Shown: positions 30,641-41,481, counted from the stretch's first letter. The stretch: DNA of 61,453 nucleotides from Minisyncoccota bacterium (GCA_023142595.1 JAGLJF010000027.1:1-61453); one strand, 5' to 3'. The notes: generated by a model not told the origin, from the sequence alone. Numbers and translations are program-made.

Positions 30641-30752
30641 AAATATTTGATTGTTATTTATATATATTTTAGCCTTGACAAATTCTGAAAATTCATTAAC
30701 ATTTAAGTAGCTCTTAATATAATTAAATATAGAAGAAAAAGAGGTAAAAATA

Positions 30753-31826
30753 ATGGTAAATTTAATGTGTGTGTTGGGTGAGCCAGCATTCGAAAGTCTA
30801 ATCTCAATGATAGACAAAACAGAAATACTTGCACCTTCGGGTCAAATCAAGTTATGCAGAGACATATGCCTGGAATCAAATAATGATTCTGAGTTATTAT
30901 TAGATACTCTTCGAAAAGAATATCTTGCAATTGTTTTTGCATTGAATGAAATGGGTATTGATTTTCGTATAATCGTATCACATCTTGATGACATAGACAA
31001 AAGCATAATGAATGTTTCTAATGAAATATTGAACATTAGAAATGTTGGATTTCCAGAAAACTTCCCTGCATTTCTGTCGTCCTACCCTCGAGATTTGATG
31101 GTACAGTTTCCAAATATTGTCTTTTTCAATTCAAGACTTGGAAAATTGGGAATCAGAGAAAGAAATGGTTGTCGAATTAGGATGTCTCCATACGGAGAAG
31201 GTGGTAGGTCATTAATCTATGGCAAAATCATGTTAGTCTGTGATAGAATCTCTCAGGAAAATAAAGAAAATTCCAGCAGTCCTAGGCTTAATGGATTTAA
31301 ACAATTGGGGATTGAATATGGGCTTCTTCCATCCTTTCTATCTGCAAAAATAAATCTAATCAATGAAAACGATAACTTATTGTTTTTAAATGATCATGTT
31401 GATAGATTTGCTTGTTTACTTGCTGGAAAAGACGGTAATCTGAATCTTATCGTAGATTCAAATATTATTACAGGAAAGGTTTTGGAAAAAAAGAAGGGAA
31501 AAAATGGTTTAGAAGTTATATATCCAGAAGAATCTTTGCAAAACATTGCAAAAATATGCAATGAAATGGGCATTAAACTTCACTGTCCAAAAAAGTTATC
31601 AATTCCTTATGTATTAAATTTAATGCAATTCCCGAATGGAAAGGTTTTGATGACAAGCGGTGATGAAGAAGTTTATCGAATAGTCGCCAAGATAGTTGGC
31701 GAAGAAAATGTGGTTACAACGGAGGTACCGATAAGATATTTACCTGTTTATGCAAATGCAGGTATAAGGTGTATGATAAATTATATACCAGAAAAACTTT
31801 TAAAACTCAACCCCATGATTTCTTAG
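30753..31826 (+). CDS. Guanidino-group-modifying enzyme superfamily protein (agmatine deiminase/PAD-like or amidinotransferase-like), divergent
   Basis: 357 aa. The ordered motifs 'YPRD', 'GEGG', 'DHVD' and C-terminal 'AGIRCMINYIP' parallel the xRD / EGG / HxD / catalytic-Cys (GGxIHCITQQxP) pattern of this fold. There is a good SD (AGAGG). Confidence 0.55.
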   Translation: MVNLMCVLGEPAFESLISMIDKTEILAPSGQIKLCRDICLESNNDSELLLDTLRKEYLAIVFALNEMGIDFRIIVSHLDDIDKSIMNVSNEILNIRNVGFPENFPAFLSSYPRDLMVQFPNIVFFNSRLGKLGIRERNGCRIRMSPYGEGGRSLIYGKIMLVCDRISQENKENSSSPRLNGFKQLGIEYGLLPSFLSAKINLINENDNLLFLNDHVDRFACLLAGKDGNLNLIVDSNIITGKVLEKKKGKNGLEVIYPEESLQNIAKICNEMGIKLHCPKKLSIPYVLNLMQFPNGKVLMTSGDEEVYRIVAKIVGEENVVTTEVPIRYLPVYANAGIRCMINYIPEKLLKLNPMIS

Positions 31827-31842
31827 GGAATCATGGTTTTTA
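31813..31842 (+). terminator. Intrinsic terminator overlapping the stop codon
   Basis: CCATGATT / AATCATGG stem with an 8-nt loop and a T-run. Confidence 0.7.
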
Positions 31843-31929
31843 TTTTGACAATTTTAATAACTTATGTTATTTTAAAATTGAAATAAAAACAGTTCTTTGA
31901 GAATATAATAAAAGGATAAGGTGAAACGA

Positions 31930-32565
31930 ATGTGTAAAGGAAACGCAACTTGCAACGGTCGTTGTGGTAAAGGAGGGACATTTTTGTCCTCCACAATTGA
32001 GAAAAATGGACATGAAAAGAAAAAAGCTCAAATAAATCCAATAAATTTTCAATTAGTTGGAGAGTGGGCTTGTCAAATGTTAAAGTTGCTTGAGAAAAGT
32101 AATATTGAAGGATCTGTAATTTGCAAAAAAATAACAGGAGAAAGCATTAATGATTCTTTTGAAATTTTGATAAAGCAACTTAGAGAGCAGGAACTTATTG
32201 GATGGAGTAATATTGAAGGTAGTAGTTTATATGAGCATGAGATTTTCATAACACAAAAAGGTATATGCGTATTGAATCAAATTTTAGAATCTGTTGATTT
32301 TAAAAGAAGATTCATAGTGTTGATTGTACTTCTTTGTAATAATGGATATCTAACAGGGGGGTATTTAGAGAAAGGCTTAATGAAATTAAATTGTTTTGAG
32401 TCAAAAATGAAAGTTTGGAATGTCTTGAGCATGTTGAGGAACAATAATTTTCTTACTGATAACTATGAAGGATACACAAATGTTGAAGGTAGCTTTTGCG
32501 ATCTATTGACATTAACAATAGAGCCTGGTCAAGATATAATTAGATTCTTAATGAAGACATCATGA
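31930..32565 (+). CDS. Hypothetical protein with a Cys-rich N-terminus and two tandem winged-helix-like repeats
   Basis: I prefer the ATG at 31930 because AAGGTG lies 5 nt upstream and the GTG at 31921 is part of that SD. The N-terminus is 'CKGNATCNGRCGKGG'. There is an internal duplication ('LREQELIGWSNIEGS..ITQKG..L' and 'LRNNNFLTDNYEGYTNVEGS..IEPGQ..L'). Confidence 0.45.
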   Translation: MCKGNATCNGRCGKGGTFLSSTIEKNGHEKKKAQINPINFQLVGEWACQMLKLLEKSNIEGSVICKKITGESINDSFEILIKQLREQELIGWSNIEGSSLYEHEIFITQKGICVLNQILESVDFKRRFIVLIVLLCNNGYLTGGYLEKGLMKLNCFESKMKVWNVLSMLRNNNFLTDNYEGYTNVEGSFCDLLTLTIEPGQDIIRFLMKTS

Positions 32566-32746
32566 GCGAAATATAAAGCTTATGATGTATTTTTTTAAAA
32601 AATAATAAGGATTAATTATTTTAAGAGTTATTAATATTATTGGCAAGCATGAGATTTGTTATTATTCTCTGAAAAGAATCATAATATGATCCTTAAAAAT
32701 ATAAAATAAAAGAATTGATAATGAAATTATCGGGAGATTGATGTGA

Positions 32747-33334
32747 ATGATATTAAAGATATTGAAATTATTATTTGGAATCGAATACCTTTTTCTTTTC
32801 AGTCAGAAAAAATTAAAAGAAAAAATTAAAGCAGAATTAAGAAATCTAGATATAGTAATAAACGAAGATCATACTTTGGCTTCCAGGGATATTTCTCCGT
32901 ATTATCTTGATATTAAAAAATCTTTTGGTTATCCAAAGTTTTTAATATTATACAGTATTTATATTGCAAAGTATGTTTACAAAAAGGAATATACTTGCGT
33001 AGCTGTTTCAGGGTATGGTGGAATTCCATTAGGTGTAATCCTTTCTGTTTTTTTAGGAATTAATGTTTCTTATATAAGAAACAGTCTTAAAAATCATGGA
33101 AAAATAGAAACTCATATGGATGGATATGTTCCAGATATATTAGACAACATTCTTCTCTTAGATGATGTTTTTACAACTGGAGGAAGCTTGAAAATAATGG
33201 TTGATATAATAAAAAAGGAATCAAAATCAAAAATTGGAGCAGTTTTTGTTTTAGTGAAGCGTGACGAGGGAATTTTGCCAAAAGTATATGGAATGGAAGT
33301 TAAGCATCTTTTAACTTCGGGGGATTTGGTCTAG
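32747..33334 (+). CDS. Type I phosphoribosyltransferase (orotate PRTase-like)
   Basis: 195 aa with the PRPP-binding motif 'ILLLDDVFTTGGS'. 'SPYYLDIK' resembles PyrE. Confidence 0.6.
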   Translation: MILKILKLLFGIEYLFLFSQKKLKEKIKAELRNLDIVINEDHTLASRDISPYYLDIKKSFGYPKFLILYSIYIAKYVYKKEYTCVAVSGYGGIPLGVILSVFLGINVSYIRNSLKNHGKIETHMDGYVPDILDNILLLDDVFTTGGSLKIMVDIIKKESKSKIGAVFVLVKRDEGILPKVYGMEVKHLLTSGDLV

Positions 33335-33464
33335 AAATAGTAAAACCAAAGTTCCTCCTTTTTTATTTTTTATAAATTTAATACTTAATAAATTTTCCAC
33401 TGGATTTTAATAGTTATGTGTTATATTATTAGTATAATAATGATAAATTTATAATCTACTAGTC

Positions 33465-35426
33465 ATGAAATTCAAATTGCAATCAAAATTTAAGCCAGAC
33501 GGGGATCAGCCTGTGGCGATTAAGGAATTATATAAAGGTCTGAAAAAGGGAAACCGACATCAGACGCTTTTGGGTGTGACGGGATCTGGGAAGACTTTTA
33601 CGATTGCAAATGTCATTGAGAAAATTCAAAAACCAACATTGGTGATTGCGCATAACAAAACTTTGGCAGCACAATTGGTGAGTGAGTTTCGGGAATTTTT
33701 TCCAGACAGTGCAGTGGAATATTTTGTTTCTTATTATGATTATTATCAGCCAGAAGCATATATGTCTTCGACAGACACATATATTGACAAAGAAGTTCAG
33801 ATTAATAAGGAGATTGAAAAACTGAGACACAAGGCAACTGCGGAACTTCTTTCTCGAAAAGATGTGATTGTTGTTTCCTCTGTTTCTTGTATATATGGAT
33901 TGGGTTCGCCAGATTCTTATCGAAATGAGGTTCTGTTTATTAGCAAGGGATTGTCAAGCAATCGCGAAAAAATTATTGGGCAGCTTGTTGATATGCATTA
34001 CACGCGCAGTGAAGTTTTGGAAAGAGGGAGATTTCGGGCGCGTGGTGATGTAATTGAAGTTATTCCACCGGGAATTGAAAATATAATTCGGATTGAACTG
34101 AGCGGTGAGAAAATAAAAAAAATTATGGAATTTGATGGAGTTTCGCGGAAGAAAATTAAGGAACATTCTGATTTTATGTTTTTTCCAGCTAAGCATTTTA
34201 TTGTTGAAGATGGATTATTGGAAAAATCGTTGGGAAAAATTGAGAAAGAATTGGAAGCAAGATTAAAAATTTTTCAAAAAGAAGGGAAGTTGTTGGAAGC
34301 TGAACGACTCAAGAGAAGAACAAAATATGATTTAGAAATGATTCGAGAAGTGGGATATTGCAATGGTATCGAAAATTATTCAAGATATCTTACTGGTCGG
34401 AAAAAAGGAGAACCTCCATTTACTTTGATGGATTATTTTCCAAAAGATTATCTCACGGTTATTGATGAATCTCATGTGACAATTCCACAAATTAGGGCAA
34501 TGTATGCTGGTGATCGAGCACGAAAGAATAATTTGATTGATCATGGCTTTCGTTTGCCATCAGCATTTGATAATCGTCCTTTGAAGTTTGATGAATTTAG
34601 CGGGAAAGTTAACAATGCAATTTATATTTCTGCCACACCAGCAGATTATGAAAAGAAAATCTCAGATCAAATTGCAGAGCAAATTATCAGACCGACGGGA
34701 CTTGTCGATCCTGAAATTGAAGTTAGACCAATTGAAAATCAAGTAGATGACTTGGCAAAGGAAATTGGAATTCGTGCTAAGAAAAAGCAAAGGATTCTCG
34801 TGACGACTTTGACGAAAAAGATGGCAGAGGATTTGGATGAATATCTAAGAGATATGGGGATTAAATCAAACTATTTACACAGCGAGGTTGATACTTTGGA
34901 TCGAATTCGAATTCTTGAAGAATTACGAAGAGGAAAATTTGATTGCTTGGTAGGGGTAAATCTTCTTCGAGAAGGATTAGATTTGCCTGAAGTGACTTTG
35001 GTTGGAATTCTTGATGCTGATAAGGAAGGATTCCTTCGAAGCGAAACATCACTAATTCAAACAATTGGAAGAGCTGCTCGGAATGTTTCTGGAAAGGTGA
35101 TTATGTATGCTGATAATATGACAGGATCAATGACAAGGGCAATAGGAGAAACAAATCGAAGGAGAGAAAAACAGATTGCGTATAATAAAGCTCACGGAAT
35201 TACGCCTGTTACAATTCAAAAGAAAATCAAAAGCATTGTTGATCACGAAATTGAGCCGAAAGTTTCTGAGGAATATTTGAAAATTGAGAGTTTTGAAAAT
35301 ATTCCAAAAATAATCAAAATGAAAGAAAAAGAAATGAGGAAGTTTTCTCAGGAATTGAAATTTGAGCAGGCGGCGATGTTGCGGGATGAAATTTCAGAAT
35401 TGAGGAAATTGGAGAAAAGGTTTTAA
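33465..35426 (+). CDS. uvrB: Excinuclease ABC subunit B
   Basis: 653 aa with 'GVTGSGKT', 'DESH', the beta-hairpin region '[10 protein letters not shown]' and a C-terminal UVR motif ('[11 protein letters not shown]'). Confidence 0.95.
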   Translation: MKFKLQSKFKPDGDQPVAIKELYKGLKKGNRHQTLLGVTGSGKTFTIANVIEKIQKPTLVIAHNKTLAAQLVSEFREFFPDSAVEYFVSYYDYYQPEAYMSSTDTYIDKEVQINKEIEKLRHKATAELLSRKDVIVVSSVSCIYGLGSPDSYRNEVLFISKGLSSNREKIIGQLVDMHYTRSEVLERGRFRARGDVIEVIPPGIENIIRIELSGEKIKKIMEFDGVSRKKIKEHSDFMFFPAKHFIVEDGLLEKSLGKIEKELEARLKIFQKEGKLLEAERLKRRTKYDLEMIREVGYCNGIENYSRYLTGRKKGEPPFTLMDYFPKDYLTVIDESHVTIPQIRAMYAGDRARKNNLIDHGFRLPSAFDNRPLKFDEFSGKVNNAIYISATPADYEKKISDQIAEQIIRPTGLVDPEIEVRPIENQVDDLAKEIGIRAKKKQRILVTTLTKKMAEDLDEYLRDMGIKSNYLHSEVDTLDRIRILEELRRGKFDCLVGVNLLREGLDLPEVTLVGILDADKEGFLRSETSLIQTIGRAARNVSGKVIMYADNMTGSMTRAIGETNRRREKQIAYNKAHGITPVTIQKKIKSIVDHEIEPKVSEEYLKIESFENIPKIIKMKEKEMRKFSQELKFEQAAMLRDEISELRKLEKRF

Positions 35427-35511
35427 TGTGGCAAGCCGTGTCTTGATAAATTACTGATATAATGTTAGAATAATTTAGTAATTTTATTAAACGATTAAGT
35501 TTTAAATATAT

Positions 35512-36633
35512 ATGTCAAAAGATTATTATGAACTTTTAGGTGTTTCAAAAGATGCTAGTGATGATGAAATCAAGAAGGCATTTCGTAAGGCTGCCCATAA
35601 ACATCATCCAGACAAAGAGAGTGGCGATGAGGCGAAATTCAAGGAAATAAATGAAGCTTATCAAGTTCTTTCGGACAAGCAAAAAAGAGGTCAATATGAT
35701 CAATTTGGATCTTCTTTCGATCAAGCTGGAGCTGGCGGAGGACAGAGTCATGGTGGATTTGATTTTTCTGGTTTTCAAGGCGGAGGTCAAAATGGATTCA
35801 ATTTTGAATTCGGCGGAGATGGTGGAGGATTTGGAGATATCTTCGGTGATATTTTCGGTGGCGGAAGGGGTCAAGGTCAGAACCAAAATCAAGGAAAAGG
35901 AAACGATGTATCTGTCGATGTCGAAATTACTCTTGAAGAAGCGGTGGTTGAAACTGAAAAAGATATAAATATTTTTATATCTTCTTTGTGTTTTGTGTGT
36001 GATGGAATTGGTGCGGAGAAAGGTAGTAAAGTTGAATCTTGTAAAACTTGTGGTGGTTCTGGTCAAGTGACAAAACAGAGGAGGACAATTTTGGGAACTT
36101 TTGCTCAGAATGAAATTTGTCCAGATTGTCAGGGGGTGGGAGAAACTTTTAATAAAAAATGTTCAGCTTGTGGTGGTGACGGGAAAACAAAACAAAACAA
36201 AACTATCAAAGTCAAAATTCCTGTGGGGATTGCTGATGGACAGACAATTCGTCTGTCTGGTCAAGGTGAAGTTGGTTTTCGTCCTGGAAAAGGAAACTCG
36301 ATTGCTGGAGATTTATATATTACGGTGCGCGTGAAGCAACATTCTCTGTTTGAAAGGAAGGGCGATGATATTATATATAATTTACAAATATCTATTTCAC
36401 AAGCCGCGCTTGGAGACAAAATTAATATTCCGACATTGCAAGGAGAAGTAAAATTAAAAATTCCTTCAGGTATACAGAGTGGAAAGATAATCAAATTAAA
36501 GGAGAAGGGAATCACTCATCTTCAAGGACTAGGAAAAGGAGATATGTTCGTTGTTGTTCAAATTGCGATACCAGAAAAACTTTCCAAAAATCAGAAAAAA
36601 TTATTTGAGGAATTAAAAAAAGAAGGAATTTGA
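35512..36633 (+). CDS. dnaJ: Molecular chaperone DnaJ
   Basis: J domain 'DYYE.LGV...A...[13 protein letters not shown]', a G/F-rich region and four CxxCxGxG zinc motifs. Confidence 0.95.
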   Translation: MSKDYYELLGVSKDASDDEIKKAFRKAAHKHHPDKESGDEAKFKEINEAYQVLSDKQKRGQYDQFGSSFDQAGAGGGQSHGGFDFSGFQGGGQNGFNFEFGGDGGGFGDIFGDIFGGGRGQGQNQNQGKGNDVSVDVEITLEEAVVETEKDINIFISSLCFVCDGIGAEKGSKVESCKTCGGSGQVTKQRRTILGTFAQNEICPDCQGVGETFNKKCSACGGDGKTKQNKTIKVKIPVGIADGQTIRLSGQGEVGFRPGKGNSIAGDLYITVRVKQHSLFERKGDDIIYNLQISISQAALGDKINIPTLQGEVKLKIPSGIQSGKIIKLKEKGITHLQGLGKGDMFVVVQIAIPEKLSKNQKKLFEELKKEGI

Positions 36634-36647
36634 GTATTCCTTTTTTT
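36620..36647 (+). terminator. Intrinsic terminator overlapping the dnaJ stop
   Basis: GAAGGAAT / ATTCCTTT stem followed by a T-run. Confidence 0.65.
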
Positions 36648-36867
36648 GTGTTATAATATCAATAGCAGTGTTAATTGAATTTAGCTAAGTTATAATTAAT
36701 AAGTTGTTGCTCAGGCTACTTCGTTTTTTATATTCGAAGAGGTTATATTTTAATCGAGCTATACTTTTTTAGTTTATTTTTTAAAATAAATTTTAGATTT
36801 ACTAAGAAAGACAAAAATTGTGTTTTTTAGAGATTTCTAGATAATAAAAAATGTTAATTAAAAAAAA

Positions 36868-38472
36868 ATGGAAAATGGAAATGAAAATGAAAAAATAAAT
36901 AATGATGAAAATGTTTCTGAATCTTCTATTGTTTCCGAAACTATTTCAGACAAAGCTATAAAAGTCTTAACCGATGATATTTCTAGTAATAAAGATTTGC
37001 AAGACGCTAAAGTGGAAAAAGACGAAATGGAGAGAAATCCAATGAAAAATATTTCAAATAATATTAGCGCAGAATCAAATGGTATTGAAAAGAAAATATT
37101 TTCAAATAAAATAGAAAGTACTTTTCCTTCTGGTAAAAACAAGAAAAAAGATCTTGGATTATATATTGTTGGTTTTATTCTTTTTTTAGTTTTGGCTGGA
37201 TTTGTTGCATATTATTTTGTTTTTAATGATAAAGATGATAATTTAGAAGAAGACACAAGCTATTCTCAACAAATTATTAAGTCTTCTTTTGAAGCAATGG
37301 GGGGAGTTGAGTCATATAATTTTGACGGAAGAGTTGATGTGGATATGAAAATTAAAAATGAGATTGGTGAGATTTCAGAAAATTCAATTAAAATAAACAT
37401 TAGCGGAAGTGAAGATGAAAGCAGTGAGGATTATCCAAAAGCTTCTTATAGTTTTGAAATGGATAGTGATTTTGAGGTTAATCAAAAAAGAACTTCTTTT
37501 TTTGTAGATTTGAGCATAATGAGTTTTGGAAAAGGCGAAGAAGCTGAGATATATATGAATTTAAAAGAATTAGACTATGAAGTATTAGAGTCAATCTCAG
37601 AGATTCAGATAGACTCTTTTAAAAACAAGTGGTATGAATTAAGGATAAAAGACCTAAAAGATATGGGACTTGGAGTAGAATTATTTGACACCTTGGACGA
37701 TTCAGAAGAAAGTAAATTTGATATCAAAGATATCTATGAAAAATATAGTTTTTTTAAATTTAAAGATGATTTAGGAGATGAAAAATTAAGAGATATTGAT
37801 GTTTATCATTATAGCGTTGAGGCTGATAGTAATGAGCTCGTTGATTTTTATATTGATCTTTACAGAACTCAAGGTATTTTAGCAAAAGAAAAAGAAGAGA
37901 TGTCTTCCGATAATAGTTCAACAGAAAAACTTGAAGAGATGGTTTCTAAATTTGAGGAAAATTATAAATATAGAGATATTATAAAAGATTTTGTAAAGCA
38001 AGCAGAAATTGAGATGTGGATAGGAAAGAATGATAATTTGATTTATAAAATAAAGATTAATTTGGAAATGGATGAAGATTTTCTCAAGGAAATGGAAAGA
38101 AGAATGGACGAGATTGAGGATGATTCTGACGATAACTCAATGAATTCTAGCGAAGAAGCAATTTTCTATAGTATAAATGTAGAACTAAATATGTCTGAAT
38201 TTAATCAGTCGCTTGTCATAGAGAAGCCGAAAGATTATGAAAATTTGTTTATGGTTTTAATGAAAAGCTTTATGAGTGGTTCTTCAAGTTTAGTAGATTC
38301 CGATGGAGATGGTCTAACTGACGATATGGAATCTGTGTATGGAACTGATGTGAATAATCCTGACACTGATGGAGACGGATTCAATGACGGAGATGAGATT
38401 GACGGAGGGTATGACCCTTCGATTCCCGGAGCAGCAAAGTTTAATGTAGATGATTTTTTGGGTATAAAATAA
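36868..38472 (+). CDS. Hypothetical membrane-anchored extracytoplasmic protein with C-terminal Asp-rich Ca-binding-type repeats
   Basis: 534 aa with one TM near residue 100. The C-terminal 'DSDGDGLTDD...NPDTDGDGFNDGDE' is thrombospondin-type-3-like. Confidence 0.5.
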   Translation: MENGNENEKINNDENVSESSIVSETISDKAIKVLTDDISSNKDLQDAKVEKDEMERNPMKNISNNISAESNGIEKKIFSNKIESTFPSGKNKKKDLGLYIVGFILFLVLAGFVAYYFVFNDKDDNLEEDTSYSQQIIKSSFEAMGGVESYNFDGRVDVDMKIKNEIGEISENSIKINISGSEDESSEDYPKASYSFEMDSDFEVNQKRTSFFVDLSIMSFGKGEEAEIYMNLKELDYEVLESISEIQIDSFKNKWYELRIKDLKDMGLGVELFDTLDDSEESKFDIKDIYEKYSFFKFKDDLGDEKLRDIDVYHYSVEADSNELVDFYIDLYRTQGILAKEKEEMSSDNSSTEKLEEMVSKFEENYKYRDIIKDFVKQAEIEMWIGKNDNLIYKIKINLEMDEDFLKEMERRMDEIEDDSDDNSMNSSEEAIFYSINVELNMSEFNQSLVIEKPKDYENLFMVLMKSFMSGSSSLVDSDGDGLTDDMESVYGTDVNNPDTDGDGFNDGDEIDGGYDPSIPGAAKFNVDDFLGIK

Positions 38473-38545
38473 TATTATTATTCTAAATAATTTAATAGCA
38501 CATAAAGGTCGAATTCATTCTTAATTAATTTTTAATTTTAAAATT

Positions 38546-39298
38546 ATGTTTGAACTTATTTTATTTTATCTGATACTGACAGTAATATTTATTTTACTGA
38601 TCAGTATAAAACAGATTAATGAATATGAAAGAGGTATTAAATTTCAAATTGGAAAATATATTGGAATGATGGATCCAGGGTGGAGAATTGTTATTCCTGT
38701 TTTTCAATCTTATCAAAAAGTTGATATTAGAGTGAAGGCGGTTGATGTTCCAGATCAAGATGCAATCACAAAAGACAATGTTTCTTTGAATGTTAATGCA
38801 GTTCTTTATTATAAAGTTGATAATGCAGAGTCTGCAATTTTGAAAGTTGAATATTTTGATTATGCAGTTTCGCAACTTGCGCAAACAACTATGAGAGATA
38901 TAGTTGGAGAAGTGAGCCTTGATGAACTACTTTCCAATAGAGATGAAATTTCACTTCGAATTCAAGAAATTGTAGACAAGGCGACAGATCCATGGGGAAT
39001 CAAAATTGTTTCTGTGGATTTGAAACATATTGAGCTTCCGGAGAATATGAAAAGAACTATTGCTAAACAGGCTGAAGCAGAAAGAGAAAAAAGAGCTGTT
39101 ATTATTAAGGCTGAAGGAGAAGTGGTGTCGGCTGATAATATGGCAAAAGCGGCAGGAATTTTGGCTTCATCGCCAGGAGCACTTCATCTTCGAACTCTGC
39201 AGTCTTTGAATGATCTTAGTTCTGATCAATCAAATACAGTAATTTTCGCTGTGCCCCTTGAAATTCTAAGAGCTTTTGAAAGTAAAGCGAATCAATAA
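38546..39298 (+). CDS. SPFH/Band 7 (stomatin-like) protein
   Basis: 250 aa with an N-terminal TM, 'EYERG...LGK', 'T.D.V...V.AV.YY.V' and 'A.AEREK.A.I..AEGE'. Confidence 0.88.
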   Translation: MFELILFYLILTVIFILLISIKQINEYERGIKFQIGKYIGMMDPGWRIVIPVFQSYQKVDIRVKAVDVPDQDAITKDNVSLNVNAVLYYKVDNAESAILKVEYFDYAVSQLAQTTMRDIVGEVSLDELLSNRDEISLRIQEIVDKATDPWGIKIVSVDLKHIELPENMKRTIAKQAEAEREKRAVIIKAEGEVVSADNMAKAAGILASSPGALHLRTLQSLNDLSSDQSNTVIFAVPLEILRAFESKANQ

Positions 39299-39318
39299 TT
39301 ATATATTATATGGATTAT

Positions 39319-39344
39319 GCCAGAGCTTTTCAAAGAGCTCTGGC
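39319..39344 (+). terminator. Perfect 9-bp hairpin after the SPFH gene
   Basis: GCCAGAGCT / AGCTCTGGC with an 8-nt loop. The downstream T-run is weak. Confidence 0.5.
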
Positions 39345-39424
39345 TAGTCGTTTGTAGGTTTTATATTATAGGTATTGCCTTGAAATAAAAAATGTGATAT
39401 AAAGGATAGGTGTTAGATAGTCGG

Positions 39425-39497
39425 GGGGTGTTAGCTCAGTTGGTAGAGCAACAGCCTTTTAAGCTGATGGTCACAGGTTCGAGTCCTGTACGCCCCA
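39425..39497 (+). tRNA. tRNA-Lys (anticodon UUU)
   Basis: Hand-folded cloverleaf: acceptor GGGGUGU/ACGCCCC, D arm GCUC-AGUUGGUA-GAGC, anticodon loop CUUUUAA, T arm ACAGG-UUCGAGU-CCUGU. CCA is not encoded. Confidence 0.9.
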
Positions 39498-39503
39498 CAA
39501 ATA

Positions 39504-39535
39504 AAATACACTGCGAATTTTCGTAGTGTATTTTT
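39504..39535 (+). terminator. Intrinsic terminator after tRNA-Lys
   Basis: AAATACACTGCG / CGTAGTGTATTT stem followed by a T-run. Confidence 0.75.
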
Positions 39536-39560
39536 AAATATCAATTATGTATATATTGGA

Positions 39561-40640
39561 TTATTTTGACAATAATGGATATAAAAGAGTTGAAATGGCT
39601 GCAATTAAAAATGTACTAACAAATGGTAAAAAATCAATATAAAAGATTATCATAATTATTGGAAGGACAATAACTCTACTTAAATTAAAAATAATTTCTC
39701 TTGTAACAATGAAATTAAAATATTTTTCCTTCAATGCCATGTTATATGATTTTGCTGACCATGGTGTATAAAGAAGCTTTTGAGTTATGTTTTTATATAG
39801 ATCAGCAACAAAAACTCCGAAAGGATTGTGTGCAAGAATTTTTCCTATCCAGCTTATGAAATATAAAAATGTCCCCGATTTAATAAGTTTCGATTTTGTT
39901 TGTTGGTCAGTCTTTCCTCCTATGTAGTAAAAAGTTATAATTGAAATAAGAAGCGTAAAGCCTATTAATGCTCCGACTTTTTCTGTTGCTACTAATATCA
40001 AAAGAAGAAAAATGGGCCAAATTGTTCTTTCAATAATTGACTCAATGGCATATCCTGAAAAACTTAATATTCTAGGTCTGTTTTCTTTTTTTGTCACATA
40101 TTTGAAAATTGATTTTGAGCTTATTTTAATTTCTTTATGGATGTCTTTTGTCATAAAAAGTGGCAGAGTGCTGAGCAGAAGAATGAAGAATCCGATTACA
40201 AACAAAACATTAAATCCGTAATAAATAATTATAAATCCCGCAAGAATAGGAGCAATCGCTGTTGATATATTTGTTAGAATGCCAAGAGAAGAAAGTTCTT
40301 TTCCTCTCGTTGAAGCATTTGAATGTTCAATATAGTTGAGGTGAAATCCATAGTTATATAATATTGTTCGTAGAGAAAGAATAAGTGGAAGAATTATAAA
40401 AATTATATTGGAGTATGATATAAAATTCAATCCTAGATAATATAATGCAAGAAATGGTGTAGACAGTAAAATTGAATGCTTTGCTCCTATTTTTGAAACG
40501 ATTTTTGCTCCCCAAACGGAAAATAATACAAAATATAAGCTGACTAAGAAATAATATAGTATAATCTTTTGAATTGAATATTCAAGCTGATATAGATAGA
40601 TGGGGACAAAAATTTCAATTAGTCCTTCAGAAAACTTCAT
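39561..40640 (-). CDS. Multi-TM transporter (MFS-like)
   Basis: 359 aa with ~10 hydrophobic helices and a central cytoplasmic loop. I saw no sharp motif. Confidence 0.45.
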   Translation of the reverse strand: MKFSEGLIEIFVPIYLYQLEYSIQKIILYYFLVSLYFVLFSVWGAKIVSKIGAKHSILLSTPFLALYYLGLNFISYSNIIFIILPLILSLRTILYNYGFHLNYIEHSNASTRGKELSSLGILTNISTAIAPILAGFIIIYYGFNVLFVIGFFILLLSTLPLFMTKDIHKEIKISSKSIFKYVTKKENRPRILSFSGYAIESIIERTIWPIFLLLILVATEKVGALIGFTLLISIITFYYIGGKTDQQTKSKLIKSGTFLYFISWIGKILAHNPFGVFVADLYKNITQKLLYTPWSAKSYNMALKEKYFNFIVTREIIFNLSRVIVLPIIMIIFYIDFLPFVSTFLIAAISTLLYPLLSK

Positions 40641-40863
40641 GATAAAAACAGAAAGATATATTTGATTTATTTCTTTTTTTGCAAGAAGTCGTGTAGTAGA
40701 TGTGGGCAGTGATGTGACATTTTTTGAGTTTTATTTTTTTATATATTTATTATAGTGGTTGTATAGTTTTTTGTAAATTAGGGTTTATTATTGACAGATT
40801 ATTTTTGGCATGGTATTAAGAGTGTAATGTAACTTTGAAAACTGAATAAAATAAAAAGATAAA

Positions 40864-41481
40864 GTGGAGGAGATAAAATTGAACAAAGGAAACAATGAAG
40901 AAAACAAAAACATTCTTTCGATAGTGTCTGTGATAATATTTTTGATAACAGCAATAGTATTTACCCTCTTTTTCCTTCCAGGAGAAAAAGAATCTGTTAT
41001 TTTAAGTCTTGATGAAAGATGGAATATTGGTTTTGAGATGGAATATGACGAATATAATAATATACCACTAATAGAATTTGACTATAATGGTATTGTTTAT
41101 TCGACTTTTCCAAATAATAATAAAGTGGGTACTTTACCGAAGTTTCCACATAAAGTGTTATTGGAAAACATAATTAATGTCTCCGCAAGTGATTCTGTAA
41201 CAAGTTATCAAAATATGTATACAACACAGAATCATGCATTTGCTGTATATGCAGTGGAGGTTAACGGAGAAATTTATTATACAAGGGAAAAAATTTTTCC
41301 AGAACAAGTATTTTATGATATGACTTCTGAGCTGATTGATCAGAACATGCTAAAAGTAACATTTAACCCTAGTTGGTTTTGGTTTGTTGTTGGAAATAGC
41401 ATTGTAAGCTTGGTGATTGCTTTTGTGTGTACGGTAAGTGCATCATTAGTACTCCTAGTAAAACAAAAAAAAGGGCAATAA
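40864..41481 (+). CDS. Hypothetical two-TM protein
   Basis: 205 aa. The GTG at 40864 lies within GGAGGAG, so a TTG start at 40879 (6 nt after that SD) is equally likely. Confidence 0.4.
   Translation: MEEIKLNKGNNEENKNILSIVSVIIFLITAIVFTLFFLPGEKESVILSLDERWNIGFEMEYDEYNNIPLIEFDYNGIVYSTFPNNNKVGTLPKFPHKVLLENIINVSASDSVTSYQNMYTTQNHAFAVYAVEVNGEIYYTREKIFPEQVFYDMTSELIDQNMLKVTFNPSWFWFVVGNSIVSLVIAFVCTVSASLVLLVKQKKGQ

Noticed and set aside
30602-30817. A minus-strand 71-aa ORF between clpP and the pentein-fold gene.
   Set aside because: It spans the clpP terminator, the next gene's promoter and its start codon, and it has no independent signals.
35545-36066. Long antisense or overlapping ORFs inside real genes. 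Examples are 35545..36066 in dnaJ, 54392..54808 in nusG, 1071..1493, 17429..17776, 25256..25588, 60012..60419 and 28589..28891.
   Set aside because: They are low-complexity, Ser/Phe/Ile-rich shadow frames opposite or overlapping genes with clear homology-type motifs. None has an SD or a recognisable motif.
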